A DNA stretch of 14,996 bases. It comes from Nitrospirota bacterium. GTDB lineage: Bacteria > Nitrospirota > Nitrospiria > Nitrospirales > NS-4. The stretch is taken from positions 1-14,996 of the forward strand of contig CAWBGA010000010.1 in assembly GCA_963788195.1 (NCBI GenBank), written 5' to 3'. Below are positions 8,246 to 14,996 of this stretch, in pieces. The position numbers and the translations under genes were made by a program. Each line of letters opens with the position of its first letter. The first letter of the stretch is position 1. Under the pieces are notes generated by a model. That model was not told where the DNA came from and did no database searches. It saw only the letters and a list, made by a program, of their open reading frames with translations.

Positions 8246-9556
8246 ATGCAGTCTCCAGCGGTGTACATCGAAACCTTCGGCTGCCAGATGAATGAATACG
8301 ACACGCAACTGGTACGCTCGATCCTCAAAAGCGGCGGGTACCGATTTACGGATTGCTCCGACACAGCGGACATTGTTCTGCTGAACACTTGCGCGATTCG
8401 GGAGAATGCCCATAACAAGGTTTATGGCCACCTCGGTGAACTCAAGCATCTCAAGCGTCAAAAGGGAGTGATCATAGGAGTCTTGGGCTGCATGGCCCAG
8501 AATCTCAAAAAAGACTTGCTTGCGGCCGATTCTATTATCGATGTCCTGGCCGGTCCGGACAGCTATCGCTCGCTACCCGAGCTACTTCGAGACGCCGGGA
8601 AGGGTCAAAAGCAGTTGGCCGTCGACCTCTCGGAGTATGAGACCTATAGCGACATTGCCCCAGACAAGGTTCCCGGCATCACGGCCTGGATTGCGGTTAT
8701 GCGCGGCTGCGATAACTTCTGCACGTTCTGCGTGGTGCCGTACACACGTGGCCGTGAACGAAGCCGCCAGTTCACTGACGTGGTCAGCGAAGCCGAGGCC
8801 TTGGCAGCGAGCGGCTGCAAGCAGATCACACTGCTCGGGCAAAACGTCAACTCGTACTGTGACGATAAGCATGATTTTGCAGATCTCTTGCGGGCAGTCG
8901 CCGACGTGCGGGGAATCGAACGGGTCCGCTTCATGTCGCCGCACCCCAAGGACTTTCCAGAGAAACTCTTGGAAATGGTCTGTGGTCACCCTCGGATCTC
9001 CAAACACATCCACCTGCCGCTTCAATCGGGCAGCGACCGCATTCTGGAGCTGATGGGTCGATCGTATACACAAAAGGAGTATCGGGCGCTCGTGACCCGC
9101 ATCCGCGCCCTCTGCCCGGACATTACGCTTACGACCGATATCATTGCCGGCTTCTGCTCGGAGACTCAGGCTGAATACCAGGAGACCTACGATCTTTACC
9201 GAGAGATGGAATATCACCTGGCATACATTTTTAAGTATTCCGAGCGTAAGCACACGATCGCGGCCCGAAAGCTCAAGGACGACGTTCCGGAGGAAGTGAA
9301 GTCGGAACGCGTCACTGCGCTGATTGAGCTACAACGAGACGTCTCGCTCAAGAAAAATCAGGCCATGATCGGCAGGACTCTGCAGGTCCTGATTGAAGGC
9401 GACGGCAAACGGTCATCCCAACAATGGCTGGGGCGGACAGACGGCGGCCTGGTGACCATCTTTCCTAAAACTGATCCCAGTCTCAAGCCCGGTTGCCTCG
9501 CGTCTGTGCTGATCACCGACGCCACCGTAACTACTCTCTACGCCGAATCCCCCTAG
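8246..9556 (+). CDS. miaB: tRNA i6A37 methylthiotransferase MiaB (radical SAM)
   Basis: ETFGCQMNEYD, NTCAIRE, LGCMAQ, GCDNFCTFCVVPYTRGRERSR, LLGQNVNSY, SPHP, HLPLQSGS and a TRAM domain. Confidence 0.95.
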   Translation: MQSPAVYIETFGCQMNEYDTQLVRSILKSGGYRFTDCSDTADIVLLNTCAIRENAHNKVYGHLGELKHLKRQKGVIIGVLGCMAQNLKKDLLAADSIIDVLAGPDSYRSLPELLRDAGKGQKQLAVDLSEYETYSDIAPDKVPGITAWIAVMRGCDNFCTFCVVPYTRGRERSRQFTDVVSEAEALAASGCKQITLLGQNVNSYCDDKHDFADLLRAVADVRGIERVRFMSPHPKDFPEKLLEMVCGHPRISKHIHLPLQSGSDRILELMGRSYTQKEYRALVTRIRALCPDITLTTDIIAGFCSETQAEYQETYDLYREMEYHLAYIFKYSERKHTIAARKLKDDVPEEVKSERVTALIELQRDVSLKKNQAMIGRTLQVLIEGDGKRSSQQWLGRTDGGLVTIFPKTDPSLKPGCLASVLITDATVTTLYAESP

Positions 9557-9587
9557 CAACCGTTATCTGCTTCCGGAATCCTGCGCA

Positions 9588-10853
9588 CTACACTGGGGGA
9601 ATGTCGTTGGCATGCGGGTCGGGCAAGTGGCCCAGGGCGATCAGCTTATCCATCCAGGTCAGCGGAGGGGTCGTCCGTAATCCGGCCGTCGCCGTGAGCA
9701 CCTGGTAGCGCAGCCTCGCATTCTTGTCGATGCCTCTGAAGACTCGATTCCGCACATAACAACGCAAGGGGTCTGACGCATTCCAAAACGTAGTGCGTTC
9801 ATCAGCGAGCCGCTGAAGCATTGTGACCTGAGGCCGTCTGGCGGTTTCATACGCTGACAGCGCCTTCGCCGACCAATCATCCGTGGTCCGGCACTTCATG
9901 ATCACATCGGAGAGGACCATGGCGTCGGTCATAGCCTGCATCCGCCCCTGAGAGGCATGCGGATTCATCGCGTGGGCGGCATCACCGATCAGGACTGCCC
10001 CGTCGGTGACCCATCGGTCCGCCCGCACTCTGAAGCAGGGTAGATAGCCTACCTGGTCCCAGGTGCTTAAGGCCTGAAGGGACTCGCACATCGCGGAATC
10101 GATTGCAATGAGCCTTTCTTTGAAGGCCTCGAGCCTCTGCGCTTTAATCGTATTGATGTCCGAACCTTTTACCATATACAGGGCGATAACCCGGTTTTCC
10201 GGGGCCGGAAACATTCCCAGAAGTTCTCCTCGCCCGACATAGTACCGCGCCTCACCGTTCATACCTGTAGGCCGTGGAAGGAGCGCGAGCAGATAGCCAT
10301 GCTGATAACGATGCACTGCCGCCTTAACCCCAAGAGCCTGACGCACGCGCGAGCCGGCTCCATCCGCGCCGACGACGAGAGAAGCTTCAATCTCGATTGC
10401 GTGTTTTTGATCCGCGTGGTGGGCCACTACGCCCCGGACCACCCCCTCGTTCCGTATGACGCCTCGGAACTCGAGACCCGTTTGTAGATGCGCCGTCGGC
10501 TCTGCGCGCAGACGGGACAAGATCAGCTCATGAACCCTGGTTGATTGTGTAACGAGCGCCCGGTTCCATGGTGACGGGAGCATCCCGTAATCCACGGTGC
10601 ACAGGCGCGGTCCGCCGATGCGGATAAAGTGAAACCGCTGGACTGACTGCACAGCGTCGGCGCCCAGTGCGTCCAGTAGACCAAGCCGATGCAGGATCTG
10701 CTGACCATTGGGCTGAATGGTCTCGGCTCGCTGCAGAGTCGGCAGGGCCTGCTGCCTCTCGATGACGCAGACCCGGACCCCCCGCGACGCGAGCGCTATG
10801 CCTAGGATCGCCCCCCCGCCACCGGCGCCGATGACGATGACTTCATACCTCAC
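9588..10853 (-). CDS. FAD-dependent monooxygenase (UbiH/FAD_binding_3-like)
   Basis: VIGAGGGG, VGADGAGSRVR and LIGDAAHAMNP fingerprints. GTG 10853 overlaps the upstream TGA (GTGA); the ORF track starts at 10886. Confidence 0.9.
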   Translation of the reverse strand: MRYEVIVIGAGGGGAILGIALASRGVRVCVIERQQALPTLQRAETIQPNGQQILHRLGLLDALGADAVQSVQRFHFIRIGGPRLCTVDYGMLPSPWNRALVTQSTRVHELILSRLRAEPTAHLQTGLEFRGVIRNEGVVRGVVAHHADQKHAIEIEASLVVGADGAGSRVRQALGVKAAVHRYQHGYLLALLPRPTGMNGEARYYVGRGELLGMFPAPENRVIALYMVKGSDINTIKAQRLEAFKERLIAIDSAMCESLQALSTWDQVGYLPCFRVRADRWVTDGAVLIGDAAHAMNPHASQGRMQAMTDAMVLSDVIMKCRTTDDWSAKALSAYETARRPQVTMLQRLADERTTFWNASDPLRCYVRNRVFRGIDKNARLRYQVLTATAGLRTTPPLTWMDKLIALGHLPDPHANDIPPV

Positions 10854-11417
10854 CGCCAATCGGCGAAGCGGCTGCGATCCGCCCACATCTTCAGGAATTT
10901 GTCATGAGCTCGCCGGGTGCTGATGGCATCATGCAGGATGTCCAACCGCTCATCGTTGTAGCGGGCGCCGCTCGTCGTTTGGTTCAGGGATCCGGAGGTA
11001 TTGATGCGCTCGTCGATAATTGCTTGCTTGATATGCATCAAGCCGTCATGAGTATTCACCTTGATCGGGATACCCGCCAGGCGTAATGTTTCCAGCCCCA
11101 GACGCTGGTTCCTGTCCTCTAACTTCTGGCGGTCCGTGATCAGCCGTACATCCACGCCCCGCTTGTGTGCGGCGACCAAAGCTTTGATGATCGGCGGATA
11201 GGTGATCCCATAGATTGTAAGATAAATCGACTTTTGAGCGGCCCCGTAGAGGGCAACCAAGACGGTCAGCAGGACGGTCTTCGGGGGAATACAAGATTTC
11301 CGGTGAAGGCGTCTGGCCCTCTACGCCGGAAGAGTTTTCTCGTGCAAACGCCGAGCCTACGCATAAGGTCAGCAGGCATAGCCCCGCCAGCAAGTTGCGG
11401 ACACTTCGACGCCTCAA
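10850..11417 (-). pseudogene. Secreted phospholipase D / Nuc-like single-HKD protein, split by a 1-nt frameshift near 11258-11261
   Basis: The signal peptide and EILYSPEDRPADR are in one frame (TTG 11417, RBS GGAGG). LVALYGAAQKSI...RGVDVRLITD...MHIKQAIID...SGSLN is in another. Removing one base from CGT CTTG GTT joins them into a 188-aa protein. Could be an assembly error. Confidence 0.8.
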
Positions 11418-11672
11418 ACCCCTACCCTCCTGGCTGGTGACTCAGATGGTCAGAAATGCGCCGGATGCGAGGCGGAGTATAGGGACTGGTCGTATAGTTT
11501 TCAACGTGCGGACAAATGCTCCATTCAGCTCCTTTACCTCAAGACAGCCGGCCTTCGTATGGCAACCCGAGGAGCGCCAGACAACCCATTACAGGTGTCG
11601 GCTGCCCGAAACCCGGCGACCTTCAACCGGCTGCTACCTAGCGCAGGCGGTAGCATCATTTAATTTGTGTAA

Positions 11673-11685
11673 AATCAACAAGATA
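11673..11685 (+). promoter_or_regulatory. IHF-like site
   Basis: AATCAAcaagATA, one mismatch to WATCAANNNNTTR, with an AT tract upstream, ~25 nt before a sigma54 motif. Confidence 0.45.
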
Positions 11686-11709
11686 CGAAGCATTAGAAAA
11701 GGATGGTGC

Positions 11710-11725
11710 TGGCACAAGAGCTGCT
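11710..11725 (+). promoter_or_regulatory. sigma54 (-24/-12) promoter
   Basis: TGGCACaagagCTGCT, with GG and GC separated by exactly 10 nt. Confidence 0.7.
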
Positions 11726-11803
11726 AGATATTTATGGCAAACCGTACAACATTATCCGGTCATGCACACACGCTGACATGGAGGGGAGGGGGTGAATTTT
11801 ACA

Positions 11804-12037
11804 ATGAAGACGATACTCGCAGCTGCATTCGCGGTCATGATCGGTCTGAGCTTTGCCGGGTCAACCTTCGCAGACGAGAAAAAGATGGACGCGCCTGCCG
11901 GCGCTCCCGCTGGTGACACGATGAAGGAAACCAAGTCAGAGAAGACCGAAACAACAAAGTCAGAAAATAAGAACGGTAAGAAGCACAAGAAGACCAAGAA
12001 GACCACGAAGACGACGACCGAAGAGAAAGCTCAGTAA
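11804..12037 (+). CDS. Small secreted Lys/Thr/Glu-rich protein (paralog 1, 77 aa)
   Basis: GGAGG-rich RBS region, 23-aa signal peptide ending STFA, low-complexity charged mature part. Paralogous to the next gene. Confidence 0.85.
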   Translation: MKTILAAAFAVMIGLSFAGSTFADEKKMDAPAGAPAGDTMKETKSEKTETTKSENKNGKKHKKTKKTTKTTTEEKAQ

Positions 12038-12071
12038 ATAACTGTTCTCTTGTTAAATGGAGGCTTGACAC

Positions 12072-12299
12072 ATGAAGACGATTCTTTCCGTAATGTTCGC
12101 CGTGATGATCGGTCTGACCTTTGCCGGTTCCACGTTCGCAGACGAGAAGAAGAAGATGGATGCCCCTGCCGGTACCACGGGCGCACCACCCGCTGGTGGT
12201 GAGGTAAAGTCGGGCGATACCACGAAGAAGGCAGATGAAGGTAAGCCTGCGGACAAGGACAAGAAAAAGAAGGAAGCCGGGGACAAAGAGAAGCACTAA
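12072..12299 (+). CDS. Small secreted Lys/Asp/Glu-rich protein (paralog 2, 75 aa)
   Basis: RBS GGAGG. Signal peptide nearly identical to paralog 1, with many synonymous differences. Confidence 0.85.
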   Translation: MKTILSVMFAVMIGLTFAGSTFADEKKKMDAPAGTTGAPPAGGEVKSGDTTKKADEGKPADKDKKKKEAGDKEKH

Positions 12300-12324
12300 T
12301 TCTGTCCTTCCGCTTCATTGACAC

Positions 12325-12359
12325 AAAAAGGCCGGTGGCGATCTGTCACCGGCCTTTTG
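12325..12359. terminator. Bidirectional rho-independent terminator
   Basis: AAAAGGCCGGTGGC-gatct-GTCACCGGCCTTTT, with A and T tails, between convergent genes. Confidence 0.9.
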
Positions 12360-12367
12360 CTTCTCGG

Positions 12368-12745
12368 TCAGTCCTCCTCGAAAATCACTTTCAGCGAGTC
12401 CTCGGTTGCCTCCCAGGCCTCGGGCGACGTCTTCATTAACCAGTCCTTGATCCAGGCTTTTTGTCCTGACGACAGTAGAGCCTTGAGCTGATGCGACCGT
12501 CCTTGGTACGGCTGAAGCAGACCGGCTTGGCGGTCGCAGTCCAGAATCGCTGTTCGCGCGTACACGTTCGTATACATCATCGGCTTTCCATTGTCCTCAT
12601 CTCCCTGCACCCACACGGAAATATACCGCTCCCCCCTGAGACCCGTGCTATCCAATGTGGGCTGGATCGCTTGAAATAACTCGTTCTCGGTCTTGTCCAG
12701 CGGCGTCACACCATTCTCTTTGAACATAAAATTCTGATTCCACAT
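12368..12745 (-). CDS. Conserved-looking hypothetical protein
   Basis: RBS AAGGAG, host-like GC, ends at the bidirectional terminator. Resembles, from memory, Nitrospira hypotheticals starting MWNQNF. Confidence 0.8.
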   Translation of the reverse strand: MWNQNFMFKENGVTPLDKTENELFQAIQPTLDSTGLRGERYISVWVQGDEDNGKPMMYTNVYARTAILDCDRQAGLLQPYQGRSHQLKALLSSGQKAWIKDWLMKTSPEAWEATEDSLKVIFEED

Positions 12746-12746
12746 C

Positions 12747-12763
12747 GGAGGCTCCTTGCTATT
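12747..12763 (+). repeat. Direct repeat, left copy (GGAGGCTCCTTGCTATT)
   Basis: Identical 17-mer at 14980-14996. Confidence 0.9.
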
Positions 12764-12864
12764 CCAACGCTCGAGATCCGCTATTCGTAGCGTAATGCGT
12801 CGATTGGATTCAACCGGGAGGCCTTGTTCGCAGGGTAGAGATTCCTTTGGCCTCGCCGTTTACT
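12762..12864 (-). mobile_element. Degenerate attC-like site
   Basis: The minus strand reads stop-overlapping AGTAAAC ... GTTGGAA, with imperfect dyad symmetry (AACG/CGTT, CGAG/CTCG, CTATTC/GGGTAG). Confidence 0.35.
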
Positions 12865-13513
12865 CTAGCCGTAAGCCACTCTCAAAGTGCATTATGAGGT
12901 CGTACGCTTGCTGATTTATTGCATCACGCCCAATTGCAGGATGTCGCAGAATATATCGCAATGTATGTGAGTGGGCTAGCGCGGAGACGGGCACGTAATG
13001 CCCACCGGCCCATTGGCCTGCGCCAGCTTTAAGGAGGTTTCCATATAGCTCGATCAAGATCCCCCGCGATGCGTTGAACTCGGCCATTACGATTCGTGTA
13101 TCAGGGTTAGTCTCGCAGTAATCTAGTAGAGCCTCTAGAGCCTTTTGAGATCTATCGCTCCCTGAAACAAGCTCGTGCGCGATGCTTTCGGGACCAGGCT
13201 GTCGACCAAGCTCGCGACTGAAACGCTGAACGGCCGCAGGCGGAAGATCAACGTGGCGAGAGCCAGGACCTCCTATTATGCGTGCAGCAAGCCGAGCTGC
13301 CAATGAACGAAATGCGATAGCATAGATAAAGCTCATACCACCTGAGAGTAACCCTGCCTTCCATCCAAACGCCACGAATGAAACGCCTAAGAGCGTAACC
13401 CATAGAATACTCAGGAAGGCGTCAATTTGCGTCTTCTTCACACCGCGGAGAAATCCGTTAAGAACCACCAGGAAGGCAGTCAGCGCTAGGAAGGCGTGCA
13501 GGAGGTAAACCAT
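12860..13513 (-). CDS. Hypothetical membrane protein (about 3 N-terminal TM helices plus a soluble domain)
   Basis: Long ORF with a hydrophobic N-terminus. ATG 13513 (alt. TTG 13525). Confidence 0.75.
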   Translation of the reverse strand: MVYLLHAFLALTAFLVVLNGFLRGVKKTQIDAFLSILWVTLLGVSFVAFGWKAGLLSGGMSFIYAIAFRSLAARLAARIIGGPGSRHVDLPPAAVQRFSRELGRQPGPESIAHELVSGSDRSQKALEALLDYCETNPDTRIVMAEFNASRGILIELYGNLLKAGAGQWAGGHYVPVSALAHSHTLRYILRHPAIGRDAINQQAYDLIMHFESGLRLE

Positions 13514-13521
13514 GGTTTTGT

Positions 13522-13585
13522 CCAAAACGTGATGAGTCGCGGAAACTAGGCTGTCTCCGGCGTCTGCTCCACGCGGTGGTTATGT
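13522..13585 (-). mobile_element. Degenerate attC-like site
   Basis: Minus strand: ACATAAC (contains the stop TAA) caccgcgtggagcagacgc CGGAGAC agccta GTTTCCG cgactcatcac GTTTTGG. 64 bp, central hairpin, core-site-like ends. Confidence 0.5.
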
Positions 13586-13960
13586 ATTTGCGTCACCTTC
13601 ATTCATTCCTTCGGAAAGGCTGCGTTCGGCTTTAAAGAGGGAATCTCGAACCTCGGGGATGGATCGACAACTGAGTAGGCGGTCGCGCAGGATATCTAAA
13701 GGGTGTTTCGGTTCTGAAGTCAAAGGATCTTGAAACATCTTCATCATCTTTTGAACATACGAGTCGTAACCACCGGCCATCATGGGATTGTACTCCCAGA
13801 TTGTTTGGACTGGTACGAGCCCCAACAAACCTAGCTTTATGAGCTTCACACTTGGCGTCGGGACACTTGCTATCGAAATGAGCACTCTCTCACCATTCTC
13901 AAGCTTGATCTGGCAGAAGCACTGGTACTTGTTATTTCGGTAGTTGACTATCTTACCCAT
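13580..13960 (-). CDS. Hypothetical protein
   Basis: RBS AGGAG, 126 aa. The stop lies within a TAAC inverse core-like site. Confidence 0.75.
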   Translation of the reverse strand: MGKIVNYRNNKYQCFCQIKLENGERVLISIASVPTPSVKLIKLGLLGLVPVQTIWEYNPMMAGGYDSYVQKMMKMFQDPLTSEPKHPLDILRDRLLSCRSIPEVRDSLFKAERSLSEGMNEGDANT

Positions 13961-14006
13961 ATGGCTCTCCTATAAGGAGGTGGTTCATTGAGAAACCGGT
14001 TAACCT

Positions 14007-14655
14007 TTATGGCTTTGCCTTCTTCCTCGGTGGAACACGCACCTTGAGCTTTTTGACCTTCGCCTCATGAAGGTAGACGGTCTCAACGACGTGCTCCACG
14101 ATGTCGACGAGGGTGATTACATCCTGCGTGCTCGGGATGAAGGTTCGGTGAATCTGCATGCCCAGCATCAAGAACCGTCTCCAAGCGCTGACGCTGAATT
14201 CGTGAGACGTATCCAAGGCTTTCGAAGTTAGCAATGTTCTTGGCGAAGCTGCCGTTGTCACCTGTCTTGGAGATCATGACCTTATCGATCAATGATCTGA
14301 CGCCCATTGCAGCCAAACTTGGAAGATTGTTCTGCAGCGCTACGTAGATCTCTTTCAGTAGCTTTTCAACAAAGTCATCGCTAGATGGGAGTTCATCCGA
14401 AAGCTCAGAGAACCAGCGGGGAATCGGCCGAAAGATCGTCGGAGGGAAATACGTAATGGTAGGATCATCATCTTCGGAGAACCAGGATGTGTGTCGAAGC
14501 TTCACGTTGTCGCAGCCCATGCACTTGAGCATCTCGTAATCGTCTCGCCCAGATATGGCATTCTCCGAATCCGCCCACGGCGTTTTTTTGCAGTACAGCA
14601 CGGCGCGATTACGATCACCTCCACATTCATTGCAATGTGCCTTGGTAGGATTCAT
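14007..14655 (-). pseudogene. DUF4145 (HEPN-like) domain protein with N-terminal Zn ribbon, frameshifted at ~14154
   Basis: CNEC...CMGC, LLKEIYVAL...LAAMGVRSLID and LDAGHA are in one frame. IHRTFIPS...VPPRKKAKP* is in another. The junction CAT GCA G ATT CAC CGA implies loss of 2 nt or gain of 1. Confidence 0.75.
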
Positions 14656-14656
14656 T

Positions 14657-14663
14657 TCCTAAC
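14657..14663 (-). mobile_element. Integron core-site-like heptamer GTTAGGA, 1 nt before the ATG
   Basis: The minus strand reads GTTAGGAaATG, a typical cassette-start geometry. Confidence 0.4.
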
Positions 14664-14979
14664 TGAGGGCCTAATTCAGATTCAAGGTGTACTTCTTTAT
14701 AAGCTTTGCTTAATTGCTTCAATTAAGTTAATTACCTATTCAATAAAACATTCCCATAATTCTTGGGATACGTCAAGCGCGGTCAAGCGGACACTTGGGC
14801 GACGGATGCAAAGGAAGAAACGGGTTATTTGCTGGACAATGTTAAGTAGTCACCCGTAAAGGTGCTAAATAGCAGAAATCTAGCACAAGTAAGGCGCGCG
14901 CGAATGAGAGCGGCGCATTAACCTGGTAATTTGCCATAGAAAATAACTTTTAATCTAACAGGACTAGTGTTTTCAGCAA

Positions 14980-14996
14980 GGAGGCTCCTTGCTATT
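14980..14996 (+). repeat. Direct repeat, right copy (may extend past the window)
   Basis: Identical to 12747-12763. Overlaps the palindrome AGCAAGGAG-G-CTCCTTGCT (14975-14993). Confidence 0.9.

Noticed and set aside
7631..9253. Long alternative ORFs 7631-8461, 7942-8418, 8520-9053 and 8582-9253
   Set aside because: Antisense or off-frame shadows of the SDR and miaB in GC-rich DNA.
11752..12324. Hydrophobic minus-strand ORFs over the microprotein pair
   Set aside because: Antisense of Lys/Glu-rich codons yields Phe/Leu/Ser runs. The + genes carry the RBS, signal peptides, promoter and terminator.
14491..14937. ORF 14491-14859 (+) and a 31-aa minus ORF at 14842-14937
   Set aside because: The first is partly antisense to the DUF4145-like gene and has no RBS. 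The second is too short and featureless to support, though it could be a cassette remnant.
1..14996. CRISPR array, tRNA, rRNA, integrase or transposase
   Set aside because: No regularly spaced repeats, cloverleaf or rRNA signatures, or recombinase motifs were seen.

Overview
Mostly housekeeping chromosome, about 57-60% GC by eye. The gene set is reminiscent of Nitrospirota, judged from recalled protein similarity only. Left to right: a YbbP-type ABC permease (runs off the left edge) and its YbbA-type ATPase, divergent from a TesA-like SGNH lipoprotein; an Mrp/ApbC Fe-S carrier; a small outer-membrane beta-barrel; two convergently overlapping small hypotheticals; an mtaB-SDR-miaB tRNA methylthiotransferase operon behind a strong sigma70 promoter and a ~190-nt highly base-paired leader; a frameshifted PLD/Nuc-family gene coupled to an FAD monooxygenase; two tandem paralogous secreted Lys-rich microproteins behind a sigma54/IHF-type promoter; and a conserved-looking hypothetical. 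The last ~2.2 kb (12764-14979) is lower in GC and carries co-oriented orphan genes, including a frameshifted DUF4145-like gene, with degenerate attC-like sites at several junctions. It is bracketed by a >=17-bp direct repeat and looks like a decayed integron cassette array. The best candidates for novelty are the structured RNA upstream of mtaB, the repeat-bounded cassette array, the symmetric leaderless bidirectional promoter and the sigma54 microprotein pair.
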